The translations under genes were made by a program, and so were the position numbers. A stretch of 63,542 nt of DNA, counting the filler, from Reclinomonas americana ATCC 50394 (Eukaryota), in assembly GCA_048213135.1 (NCBI GenBank). It is 16 parts of 16 records of this genome, joined end to end, with 100 filler letters (N's around TTAATTAATTAA, not from the genome) between each part and the next. Parts side by side here need not be neighbours in the genome. Positions count along the whole stretch, not along the records: positions 34,396 to 38,497 come from AFZH01019215.1; positions 38,598 to 41,908 come from AFZH01019216.1; positions 42,009 to 46,970 come from AFZH01019217.1; positions 47,071 to 49,448 come from AFZH01019218.1; positions 49,549 to 55,648 come from AFZH01019219.1; 11 more parts are not named here. One strand, written 5' to 3'. How positions within the stretch are numbered: the stretch's first letter is position 1; the number at the start of each line of letters is the position of its first letter. Shown one piece after another: positions 36,785 to 51,438 of this stretch. The notes beneath the pieces are model-generated. The model was given only the letters and a program-made list of their open reading frames with translations, made no database searches and was not told the origin of the DNA.

Positions 36785-37900
36785 GAGCAATGAGTCACTG
36801 TGTGTGAGAAGAGAGAGAGAGAGAAGGATGTGAGTGTGAATGATCAATCAAGAGAGGCATGAACCGTTGCAAAAGGGTGCTCGGAAATGTGACACTCAGA
36901 GAAAGAGAGAGCACAGGGCAAGAGAGAGTGTGTGTGAAAGTGAGAGTGAGTGAGAACACACACCTTGACATGCTTTTTTCGATATCGTATCGCGACGCGC
37001 GCACCACGACGATGATTTTTTCTTCTCACACACTCTCACTCTCTTGTTCTCACTCACAGTCTCTTTGTCTTGTCACACACTCAATCACTTCTTGTGTGCG
37101 TGTGTGTGTGTTGGGAGAGAGTATCTCTCGCTCGCAGTGGCAGGCTAATGTGTCTTTCGCTCTCACTCACACTCGCACTCGAAAACAAGCTCAATTTTTC
37201 TCCCCGCGCATTGATTTGAAGGCTATTGTTAGATGCCTCGCGCGGCAAATTCGGAAATGCAACCGATTCTTGTACTTCCCGTGGTGCCTAGCGTGCATGC
37301 ATAGGGGCGCTGAGTAGAGCAGCGTGTGGAGAAGCGAATGCTCTGCGCGGTGTGTTGCAACTCGGTGCAGAACAGTGTCGATTCACTTGTCTCGGAAATA
37401 CTGGATCGTCCAAAAGCAAGAGTAACCGATTATTTCGCGGGTGTTTCTTTGTGTCTGTGTCGTTGATGAAGTGAGGCGGAATAAATAGCTCTGCTCCGTG
37501 GTGCAATGTGCGTGCTGTTGTTGAGGTGCGGTCAACGCGGGCGGGTGGGCGGGAGGGCGGAAGGAGATGCCGAATTGCACTCGCAGCCGAACATTCCCGC
37601 CACGAGTGCAAGGGAGCTTTCTCATCTTTTGCGGAACCGGCCATCGGACACCACTCGATCAGCCGTCGGTGCAGGCCAATACATCCCCACCCTGCGAAAG
37701 CGGGTAACATGCTGGCGCTGTCCGGCTGCGGGGGGTGTTTACGATCCGAGCAATGCTCCTCCTGCGGTTCACCACCCTTGATGATGATGACATCGATCCC
37801 AAACACCGACGCACACCGTAAATTAGTAGTTGAGAGGAAACTGTGACAAGAAAGGAAGAAAGAAAGATAGAGAAGCAAGAGTACAACTGTGGACAACTAC

Positions 37901-39785
37901 TCATCGCCGAGTGGGTGACGAGGCAATGATGGTCGGCGTGGTGGCGGCGGCGGCGGCTGCTGCGGCAGTAGTCGTCGAGTCCTCCATGTCGGAGGTGTGC
38001 CGCAGGAACACCAGCTTGCCTTCGTCGACTCCCGCAGCCGCTGCTGCCGTCGAAGATAGCTCCTCGTCGCTGCTGCCGTGCCGCGTGATGGGGGGTGGCG
38101 GTGGTCGGCGGGCAATGACAAACACGCCGGCGAAGAGGGAGAGAACGGAGAGGACGAAGACGGCCACTTGCCAGCCTGCAGAAGAGAAGGGAGAAGGGAG
38201 AAGGGTGATGAGGAAAAAGTGGAATGGAAGAAGGAATGAAGTAGAGAGAAAAGCTGCAATGAAAGGAGAAGGAAGCGAGAGAGCGAGAGAGAGTGGAATA
38301 GAAAATGAGCAGCGGATGGTGGAGTAGAAATTAACGAGGAGAGGACAAGCAGAGGGGAGAGAGAAGGAAAGATGAGAGTAGAGCATTCGAGCGAATGTAC
38401 ACACGGGAAGGAAGAGTTCTGTGACTGTCGGCGCGTTTCCCTCATTGATATAGCGACAAACCTTGAAACTGTACAAACTCGCGCATCCACAGGCCCGNNN
38501 NNNNNNNNNNNNNNNNNNNNNNNNNNNNNNNNNNNNNNNNNTTAATTAATTAANNNNNNNNNNNNNNNNNNNNNNNNNNNNNNNNNNNNNNNNNNNNGAT
38601 GAAGACTCTCATTCCCCAAAGTGTGAGGGGCACAACACAGACCATGTCCAGTTGCAGCACGATACTGCTCTATCATCCATCGCCGCTTGCTCGGCGTTCA
38701 CCAGGCCCTTGCGCTGGAGCACCAGGCCGAGGGCCTCGCAACTGTGCGTGATGATTCTTGAGTGGACGGAAAAGGAAAGAGGGAAAGGGGGGAAAGGGTG
38801 AAGGTAAAGGGGGAAGAGGGAAGGGGCGAAGGAGAGGCAAAGGGAAAGGAAAGAAAAGCGGTTAAGTGAAGGAATTGAGTGAGAGATCGAAAAGTGTGTG
38901 CGATTGAGTGAGTGAGGGAGCGGGAGGGAGATGAAGAGAGTGAGAGGGCAAGAAAACGGAGGGACAAGATGATGGAGAATGAGATACTGCGAATGTGTGC
39001 GATCGAGTGAGCAAGTGAGTGAGTGAGACAGAGGGCAAGTGAGCGCAGTGGAAGGAATGTAATAGGAGCAAAGATGCGTAATCGAGAATTGCATTGAATG
39101 AGCAAGCGACGGCGCGTGAATGAGAGAGGGAAAGGAGGAGAGCGCGAGAGTGTGATGGAACGCAAGGGAACGGAGGGAAGGTCAAGGAGATACTGAGAGG
39201 ACAGTGTGTTGAGCGAGTGTGTGGGATGGAGTGCGTGAGTGCATTGGTGGAGAGGCAAGAGAGCCCAAGGGGAAGGATTGCGTGTGGAGCGTGAGAGAGA
39301 GGAGGGCAAGGAGATATTGAGAGGACAGTGTGATTGAGCGAGTGTGTGGGATGGAGTGCGTTGGCGAGCATGGGAGTGAGTGAATGAGGGTGCGAGTGTG
39401 TGTGAGAGTGAGAGAGAGTGAAGGAAAGCATTGGAACGGGTTGAAGATCAAGGAGATACTGGACAGTGCGTCACTGATGGGACCTGGAGGATCGAGTGCG
39501 TGTGTGTATGTGAAAGAGTGAGAGGAGAGAGTGAGGGAACCTGAGAGAAAGCAACGGACGGGGTTGAAAAGATTAAGGAGATACTGGGAGAAGTGCGTCA
39601 CTGAGACCATGTAAGAGGATCGAGTGAGCAAGTGAGTGTGTGTGTGAGAGAGTGAGAGAGTGAGAGAGTGTGAGAGTGAGAGAGCATGAGAGAGAGAGTG
39701 AGAGCGAGTGCGACACAGCTGGTTTTCTGAGAGACACACACCATGTGGCGGCTAATGCGAGGCCCACGCCAATGAACTCGCTCAT
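37901..39785 (-). CDS. NIPA-like (DMT superfamily) putative Mg2+ transporter; middle in gap
   Basis: N-terminus MSEFIGVGLALAATCCEALGLVLQRKGL and last TM WQVAVFVLSVLSLFAGVFVIA resemble NIPA termini. Confidence 0.65.
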
Positions 39786-40069
39786 TGTGAGACTGACTAA
39801 GAGTGAAGAGAGAGCGAGTGTGTGCGACACCGCGCGCACACTCTCAAGTGATGCAGCACAACGCAACGGATCCGACAGAATCCACCCACACTTCAATTGG
39901 ACCGCGCGACACACAGACACACAATGGGCGGCGGGTCATCACGGGAACACTCATGGGAGACGGTATGCATTCACCCACATACAAACACGCGTGCGCGTGT
40001 GTGTGTGCGTGTGAAAAAAAAAAGTCGACCAAAGTCACATTCACACAGGCGATTGAGAAGCTGGGCAAG

Positions 40070-41281
40070 ATGGCCGACTCGGGGCGCCGCCGCACGCTGG
40101 CACAGAGCGAGTTGGAAGCAATCTGGAATCAAGTGCGCAAGAAAGACACAGAGAGAGATGATTTTTCCTTTCTGGCACTTTGGTCACCATGTCTCTGTGC
40201 GCGCGCAGTTTGATGTGAATCACGACGGGGTGTTGTCGTTCAGTGAGCTCGGTCAGCTGTTGCGGGAGGTGTACCGCGCCTATGTGCGCATGGATGATGA
40301 GTTGGAGCCGGATGTGCGAGAACGGTGTGTGTGTTTGTATGCACGTGCACTTTCATGTGTGTCTCTTTCAACCTGTCTCTGCTTTTCTTATGCTCGTCGT
40401 GCGTGTCTCTCTGCACGTGGCTTTTGCTCTCACCTCTGTTTCTGTTTCTTGTATACCGTGTCTGCTCGTGACTTTCACTTCTTGTATTCGTGTGTTTCGT
40501 TTTCATGTTTTGTCTGCTCTTCCTTCTTGTGTACGTGCATGCGTGTATTCCATGTCTCTGCGCGTGGTTTTCGCTCTCATCTCTGTTTGTGCTTGTATTT
40601 CTGCTCGTGACTTTCGCAGCTTCTTGTATTCGTGTGTTTCCCTGCGTGTGGCTTTCGTTTTCATGTTTTGTCTGCTCTTCCTTCATGTGCACGTGCGTGC
40701 GTGTATTGCGTGTCTCTGCACGTGGCTTTCATGTGAGTGTGACTCTGCTTCTGTTTCCTGTATTCCGTGTCTCTGCTCGTGACTTTCACTTGTGTTCGTG
40801 TGTTTCCCTGCGCGTGGCTTTCGCTTTCATGTTTGGTCTGCTCTTCCTTCTTGTGCTCGTGTGCTGTGTTCCGTCTCTACACGTGATTTTCACTTCCATG
40901 TGCCTCTTCCTTCTCGTGTCTCGTGCGTGTTTCATGGCTTTCTCCGCATGTGGCTGGTTTCACTTTCGTGTGTCTCTCATGCTCTTCCTCTTGTTTCTCC
41001 TGCTCTTCTTGCTCACTTCTCTCTTTTCTCTCTCTTTCGCTCTCTTTCTTTCGAGTTCCTTACACGCCTTGTGGTCGTGGGGAGCAGGTTGGCGGAGGAC
41101 GCCCCGCTGCCGGAGAAGCGAGTCATTCGCGCGATTTTTGGTTTCGTCTTTTGTCGCGCAAAGTGTGCCTGTCAGTTTCTCACTCGCAGCTTGTGTTGTG
41201 TGCACAGCGGAGATGGACGAGGATGGCGATGGAGAGATTAGTAAGCGGGAGTTCTTTGCGCGTTATCAGTCGCTTATTTGA
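40070..41281 (+). CDS. Small two-EF-hand calcium-binding protein (4 exons)
   Basis: FDVNHDGVLSFSEL and MDEDGDGEISKREF loops joined in frame by GT-AG introns. Confidence 0.85.
40380..40880. repeat. Degenerate intronic tandem repeat
   Basis: tctgctcgtgactttc..cttcttgtattcgtgtgtttc and ttcatgttt.gtctgctct.ccttc each recur three times. Confidence 0.75.
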
Positions 41282-42008
41282 GAGGGGAGACGGAGAGGGG
41301 TGTGCGCCCGGGGCGGCTCGTTGTTAAGGAGTAAGTGAACGTCGCGCGCGAGGAGGAGTACATGGTTTGGTGTTCTGCGTGTCACTGCGCAATGCTTGAG
41401 TTTAATGGCGGTGAGGAGGTGCACAGAGTGAGCAGTTTTGTGGACCAACGTTGCGAAGTGAGCGTGAGTGCGCGAGTTATCGGCAGCTATCATGTGCAGT
41501 GATACTTGAGTGTTGCTCGGCGAGGAGCTGTGCAGCATCGTGGCGAGTGTATCTGGCGAGGGTCGGCTTGGGCGACGTTAACCCGACCTAACGATGTCTG
41601 GTGTACGAGTGCGAGCTGCACTGAAGTCGATTGCTTTCCAAGCGTTTAAGTCATGTGCTCGGAAACGAGCAAGGATACAGCGTTGGCCACTGAGGGTGCA
41701 GCCGGCGACTCGAGAAACTGCAGTACCATGTTGCGTCAACGTCGACGACTGATGATCACTGTTGCTTGTCGGAAGAATGTGGAGACGTTCCAGAAGGCGC
41801 ATGATAACACCTGCCCAGAGACGCGGATCCCTTGCTCAGGCACAAGAGCATTGGCTTGTTAGGGGAGATATTGTCCGCCAATCGCCGTCCTGTCTGCCCG
41901 TGGACCCCNNNNNNNNNNNNNNNNNNNNNNNNNNNNNNNNNNNNNNNNNNNNTTAATTAATTAANNNNNNNNNNNNNNNNNNNNNNNNNNNNNNNNNNNN
42001 NNNNNNNN

Positions 42009-44749
<2,741 letters not shown>

Positions 44750-45071
44750 GCTGTGAGTTTTGCGAAACGGACTGTACGGTGCGCTTGATATCGCAGCGCA
44801 GCGATTACTTTGCCTCCGTTGGAGAGAAATATTGTGCTTGGTGTCTCAGTTTCTGGTGCTCACTCAAGATGGTGATCATCATGCAGCTGTGTTGCTGTTG
44901 CGATTAGTAAAGTTGTTGTTGTCGCTGTTGTCGTGATTGGCTGATATTCGCGGCACATTATTGGCGCAGGAGACAACTGCAGGACATCAACCAAAGTCCT
45001 CTCTCTCTCTGCCCTCTCTCCCTCTCCTTCCCTCTCGCGCGTGTCAACCCTGCTCTCTTGTGGGGAGCACC

Positions 45072-45835
45072 ATGGCTGGACACAGGCGCGTGTCTCTTCA
45101 CCATGCTCATCACACACACAATGCACTCACTGCGCCCTCTGTCCCCGCCACAGAAAGCGCGCCTGGGCCATGGCCGAAGAAGGCGACGTGGAGACACTGC
45201 GCGAGCTGGTGGCGCGCGAGGGCGCACCCACTCTTCTGCACAAAGAGGAGATGCATGAGCCGTCGGGTTTCTCGCCATTTGTGGTGGCCGCCTGCGAAGG
45301 CCACCTCGCCGTGATGGAGTACCTGTGGGAAGAGAGCGGAGTCGGACCGCAACTCGCACGCATGCTCGGTGACGGTGGCGTGACATCGCTCATGGCGGCT
45401 TCCGTAAATGGTCATGTGCAAGTGGTGCACTGGTTGCTGGCCGACAAGCAACGCTGTCCGCCCGAGATTGTTCGTGCGGTCACCAATGATGACAGCAGTG
45501 TACCGCTGTCGACGGCGTTGCACGATGCAGCCGAGGAAGGCAGCGAGGAGATTGTGCGACTGCTCGCCACGCGCTTCCCCGATCTCATTCCGCGCATCGA
45601 TGCGGCCGGCAAGACGGCGACGCAGCGGGCGCGCGATGAGGGACACGAGGAGGTGGCGGTGTTGCTTGAGCGCCTGGCTGCGGAGGCGGCTGTGGCCGTG
45701 GTACGTCAGCTGGCCGAGAAGGAGGCGACGATTGCGCAGCTGCGGCGTGAGGGCGGTGAGCTGGCGCGTGAGAATGAGCGGTTGCGGGGCGAGGTCGATC
45801 GGCTGCGTGGTGAGCTGGCGCAGGCCGGGAAGTGA
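45072..45835 (+). CDS. Ankyrin - short coiled-coil protein; kinase-less paralog of the upstream gene
   Basis: Four ankyrin-like repeats; VRAVTND..STALH.AA..LLA.R.PDLIP..GKTA and ARENERLR.EVDRLR.ELA are shared with 42009-42624. Start is 45072 (via a possible GC-AG intron 45086-45153) or 45170. Confidence 0.85.
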
Positions 45836-46650
45836 CGGGGAAGAGGGGAAGGGGAAAGAAAGGCAACTAGCTGTTGTATTTCATTGGTGAATGAAGTCAT
45901 GAGAAAAGGAGAGAATAGGTGCTCCTTCCACTTGGCCCAAGGAGGCATGGAAAGCGGCAGATATACAAGGGCAAAAAAGAGAGAGAGAGAAGAACGGAAA
46001 AGGAAGACTCTCACCCAGTTTGCTGACTTCCTTGCATGGTTCTTCTCTCTACCTTGGTAGTTGCTGGGTCCGTGAACGTGCAACAACGCGACTGGGAGAA
46101 TGATAGAGGGCATGCAACAGAGTCAGGATGAGGACAAGGGAAGAGAGGGAAAGAGAAACTGAAAAGAGAAGGGAGAAGGAGAGGAAAGAAGGGGAAAGGG
46201 TATCCCTACCCCAGCACGTGTCTCTCTTTTCTACAAGTCTTGCTCATCCTGATTCAACCGCTGATAAGCGGCTCAAGTGAGCAACTCAAATATGCGATAC
46301 AATGACGAGAAGAGGGCACAGATTAGGGAGAGAAAGAAAAGGGAAGAAGCATCCTTCCGCCTGCCGGCACACTTCTTTCTGTGCTGTCACCATCTCAGTC
46401 AGTTTCGGTCATGCAGATCTCCTGCTAAGGAGCGGCTCAAGTGATCAACTTACGCAAGCGATGCAGAGACGAGAAAGGGCAACAAGAGAGGAGTGAAGGA
46501 GAAGAACAAGAGGAGAGAGAAAAAGAAACTGAAAACGAGATGGAGAAGACGAAGAAAGGAGAATCCGTCTCCATGCAAGCTTCTCTCTGTCTCCCCCCCT
46601 CCCCTCCTGTCCCCCTCCTCTTGCCTTCCACCACTCTCCTCTTTTTCATT

Positions 46651-46933
46651 TCACCTCTCCTGCCGCCGCGTCTCCGCATCCTCACCCTCCCCCGGCCGCC
46701 GCACCGCCTCGAGCTTGCGCTTCAAATCCTGCACCAACTCGGTCACTCTCTCTTCCACCTCCCTCCCACCTCCCTCCCACCTCACCACGCACCTCCAGTG
46801 ACTCTCGCTCCAGCCTCTTTCGCGTCTCCTCGCGTCGCTGCTGCTGCTCCTCCGGCTCCTCACCACTCCACCACCGCTGCAGGCGATCGTTGAAGAGCCA
46901 GCCGCCGAAGGCTCCCACTGGCATCACCAGCTG
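46651..46933 (-). CDS. 3' fragment of a hypothetical coiled-coil protein
   Basis: LVMPVGAFGGWLFNDRLQRWW..RKRLERESLE, donor GTGCGT, then VEERVTELVQDLKRKLE...*. Confidence 0.4.
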
Positions 46934-47350
46934 GTGAGGGGGAGAGGGAGAGTGAGATAGGAGGAGAGGGNNNNNNNNNNNNNNNNNNNNNNNNNNNNNN
47001 NNNNNNNNNNNNNNTTAATTAATTAANNNNNNNNNNNNNNNNNNNNNNNNNNNNNNNNNNNNNNNNNNNNACGACAAAGAGGACAAACAGGACAGACAAC
47101 TCGTTTCTTCCTCTGACAAGCATCAGTTGCGATGGCTGTTGCAGGTGTATTTGTATGAGACGATCATCTTCTCCTGCCAGCGGTACGGTTGGCTGGAGCC
47201 GCGTGATGGTATTTTGCAGCAATATCGATCGACGTTCGGATTTGGATTCTGACCTTTCGCAGCAGCGGCAGCGCTAGCAGCAGCAACAGCAACAGAGCTG
47301 CGTGGTGATCGCCAAGCCGAGTGAAAATGAGAATGGAGGCATCACGGATC

Positions 47351-47520
47351 ACAATTCATTCACCAACAAACAAGCAACAGCTGTCTTGCAAATGATGACC
47401 AAGTCCAGCCGTATTCAAAACGTCAACACAAACACCAATCTTGAGGCAGCAGCTGGTGTCTTGTGTGCGTGCGTGTTTGCTCTCGCAATTGGAGCTTCGA
47501 GCAAATCAATCTTCACCGCA
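47351..47520 (+). repeat. Dispersed ~170-bp intergenic repeat (possible non-autonomous element remnant)
   Basis: Aligns with the reverse complement of 56558-56760 and with 32356-32393. Confidence 0.85.
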
Positions 47521-47875
47521 ACGCACAAAATAAACCGGAGCTGCGCTTCTGCAAGAAACCCCTTGACCCTTGACCCCCTTGACCACGGCACGTGACAATC
47601 TACGCGTCTCCAGACAGGTGGTCAACACGGCCGCTGTGTCAAGCCCCTCTCCACGTACACGTACACCCTCGCACACGCAAGAGGTTTTATAACCAAACTC
47701 GCCATGGCGACGAATGAAAAAAGAAACAGGACACAAAGTGAGAGACAGCGGTGACCGCGCCACTTACTTAAGCGATGGGCGCGGCACACACACAGATTTT
47801 TTCCGCATTGAAAAAGAAAGACGACAAAAACAGCAGCGATTCAAAAAAGCGAAACAGGGCAAGCAAAACAAGAAA

Positions 47876-50800
47876 TCACGGAAAGCGTGAGGTAAACGAA
47901 CGAGTGGAAGCATACGGGTCAAATACATGCAACGAGGCCGCCGCCGGCGGGGGATTGGTAGGCGCAGCTGGCAAGGTCTCAGTGATTGATTGGGATGGTG
48001 GTGGTGGTGGCGCCGCTGTCGGCAGAACAGAACGCGACAGCAACGACGTGTACGGCACTGCCGACATTGCAGCAGCGGTGGTGGCGGGCGACAGCATCGA
48101 GTACGTCGGGCTGTGATACATCATCGCCATTTGTTGTTGGTGGTGGTGGTCCGCGGGCCGCTGGCCGTGGGAGCTCAGCATGGCGGCCACCGACTGCGCT
48201 GGCACATGCGCACTGATGAGGGGCGAGAAGGTTGTCGTGACCGACTGTGGTGAGGCCACCATGAACGCAGTGGTCGCCTCGGGGGTGTACGACGGCAGGA
48301 GGGGAGACGGCAGGCCGTAGGGTGCGGCGGACAGCTGCGCTGCAAGGTATTGCGCATGCATGCTGCTGGTGTGGCGGGGTGATGCGGGCTCGGGTTTCAA
48401 TGGAGGTGAGACGACTGGACGACAAGGGCAAGTGAGAAGAGGGAAGGGGGAGTGGTGGTGGCAGAGCAGATCACGGACCAGAAGATGCGGGGGATTGAGG
48501 GGTGGTGGTGGTGGTGGTGACCGGTCTTGTGGCATCAGATCCCGTCACGTCACCAGGCACTACTGGTCGATGCATTTGTCGCATCTCGTTGGCCATGCGC
48601 ATTTTTCGTCGGGTGAACCACTTGTAAATGCTGTGAAGAGGAAGGAGAAGGGGGAGGGTGGGTGATGAGAGAGAAGGGAGGGATGGGAGGGAGGAGGAAG
48701 AGTGAGTGATAACAGCACGACGAGAACCAGCCTTGAAAAAGTTGGCGAATTAGAGAGAGACAGCGTCATGAACGAGAAACAAAGTTGATGGCGTGGACGA
48801 GAAGAGAGAAAGAGAAGGGCAGAGACTTGGAGGATATCAACGAGAGCAGTGTTAGCAGAGTGACTGAGAGAGAGAGAAGACTGCAGACGCCTCGTTGGCA
48901 ACATCAACGAGGAACAGAGGGAGAGAGAGAGACAACTGCGTGAACGAGAAGCAGAGTTGAAAGATTTCATGAGAGAGTGGCTGCTGCAGAAACGTGAAAC
49001 GGAGTTGACAGAGTGACACAAGAGAGAGAATAACAACAGAGGCTGCTGGGACATTCCGACTGAGGGCAATACCAACAAGCAGTAGAGTTGACAGAGTGGA
49101 CGAAGAGGAAGAAAAAAGAGAGAGAGAGACCAGCATCAACGAGCAGTTTCAACAGAATGGATGGAAGAGAGAGGCTGCTTCAGAGGATAACGCCAACAAG
49201 AAAGGAAATTATGAGGGTGGATGAAGTACAGAGACAACTGCAAACACGTCGTTGATATCAATATCGTCAATACGAAACAGAGTAGACAGAGTGGGAGAGA
49301 GAGAGAGAGAAGAGAGAGGAGAGAGAGAGGTAGGTATCAGAGTGGACTGATTATGAACAACCAACACACCTCTCAAAATCACGCCCGAGTTCCGCCGCCA
49401 GTTGTTCGACCACGGTTGAATTCCTGCACGCAGCATCAGCACCAGCGCNNNNNNNNNNNNNNNNNNNNNNNNNNNNNNNNNNNNNNNNNNNNTTAATTAA
49501 TTAANNNNNNNNNNNNNNNNNNNNNNNNNNNNNNNNNNNNNNNNNNNNAATGCGCAAAAGTAAGCAAAGTAGACAGACAGACTGCCTTCCGCTAAACCAA
49601 CGACGCAACGGATAGCACGTCACCGGCACGGCGAGAGCGGACATGCGCGACATGTTCTCCTTGGTGAACCGGCGGTATTTCCCGTCGTCTCGCGGGAGAG
49701 AGCGGACGCGAGAACCACTCCCCGACGACGACCGCCTCCTCCTCTTGGTCTCCGGCTCGCCCTCCACCTCCGACTCGGAGCTGCCACTGCTGGTTCCATC
49801 GCTGTCACGCTGCCGCCGACGATCGCGACGTCGCTGCGGTTGTTGTTGATCGGCCGCGGTGGTGTCCATTTCGTCGGGGAGGCTGGGGTTTGGTGAGTTC
49901 CACTCGACGGTGGTTGTGGTCGTCGTCGAGGAGTGACAGCTGCCGACAGATCCGGTTGACGATGGCAACGGCTGTAATTGCAACGAGGAGGAGGAAGGGG
50001 AGGAGCGAATGGGAGGGCCCATGCTGGCACGCTCGGCGGCCTCGCTGAGAATGTCCAGCACTCTGCAGCATGCAGAGAAGTGAGAAGGGGAAGGGGAGGG
50101 GGAAGGGGGAGGGTGACAGGGAGTGGGGAGGAGGAGGGGAAGGGGGAAGGGAAGGGAAGGGAACAACAACAACATCTGCATGACGGTCACCATCTTGAGT
50201 GAGAGCACCAGAAACTCAGACATCATGGAAACAGTGACAGGGAGTGGGAATAAGAGTCTTCTCTATTCATGTGCAGCCTTCGTAGCACTCGTATCTCTTC
50301 TCTTTCTCCACCACACAGCAGACGACACATTTACCAATCCCTACAACGAAAGAAAGTGCACAAGATTTGTTCGCGGTCGCTGGTGGATGCCATCAGCTGT
50401 GTATGTGTCCAGTGAAAGAACATCTATGATTGCCAACAACCACCGAGTGGGATGACAGTCCCCACAGTCTCTCCCTCGCCCACCACACTGCTACCCCCCC
50501 TGTCGCACCCACGTCACACCCTTCCACCCTGCACTTGTGTCTCTCCTCCTTTCTCCACCACACTGTCCCCACAATGATCACAGGCCTCTCCTGCTCACGT
50601 TCATTTCTGCCTCCTCTCGCATCGAGTTCATGATCACAAACTTCCACTCTGACAAGCATCTGCCAACAAGTCTTGAGTGCATCTGCAACTGAAACTGGCA
50701 TGTTGATCAGCAGGAGAATAAATCATTCGTGTCCCCACCTCACTACATGCTCTCTCCAACTGCTCCTCTCGCATCTTCTTCACAAATTGCGCCCTCCTTC

Positions 50801-51438
50801 TCTTCTCTCCGCACTGTTACAGAAGATCCACAAACAACGACGAGCGCCAACCAGTGATCGCCATAAAAATCTCGCGTGCTGTTCTTCCCAAAACTGGCAT
50901 GTTGAGAATAAAGCATTCTTGTCTCCACTTAGATCACCCACGTTCTCTCTCTCTTTACCGTCACACTGCTGTCCTCTTTTTGCTTCATCGTCACATCCTT
51001 CCACCCAGCACTCGTGCTCCCTTTCTGCTCTCACCCTCATTCTTGTGCACCACATTGATCACTCGTCTCTTCTTCACCCCACATTCTCTCTCTCTCTTTA
51101 CCGTCACACTGCTGCCACCTTCTCGCATCATCGTCACATCCTTCCACCCAGCACTCGTGTCCCCTGTCTTTCCTCCACGCTTTGTACAGATTCTTGGACA
51201 TGACCCCACATTGACCACTCTCGTCCCTCCTTCGCCGACAGTCTCTCCCTCTCCCATTCCCGTTATCTCCACACACTTCTACCCATTCCACGCACCTTGG
51301 TTGTGTCTGTGGGGGCGCGGTCTGAGTGGCGTACATGGCATGATTCGAAGTCGAACTCGCGATGGAGGCCGGCGCCGGCACCACTGGTCTCAGGAAACCC
51401 AGCGCGCCCAACACATTGTGTGCGTGCGCTGCCTCCAT
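47876..51438 (-). CDS. Atypical homeodomain transcription factor (about 5 exons; spans a gap)
   Basis: Spliced KYRRFTKENMSRMSALA...NSTVVEQLAAELGRDFESIYKWFTRRKMR gives homeodomain helices with WF..R. The exon at 51438-51297 joins VLDILSEAAER in phase; the C-terminus is Pro/Ser/Ala-rich. Confidence 0.72.

Noticed and set aside
41630..41680. GTATCCTT on the minus strand (also + strand at 62080) as further U12 donors
   Set aside because: No supporting exons or good branch site; the 62080 copy is antisense to the gene.
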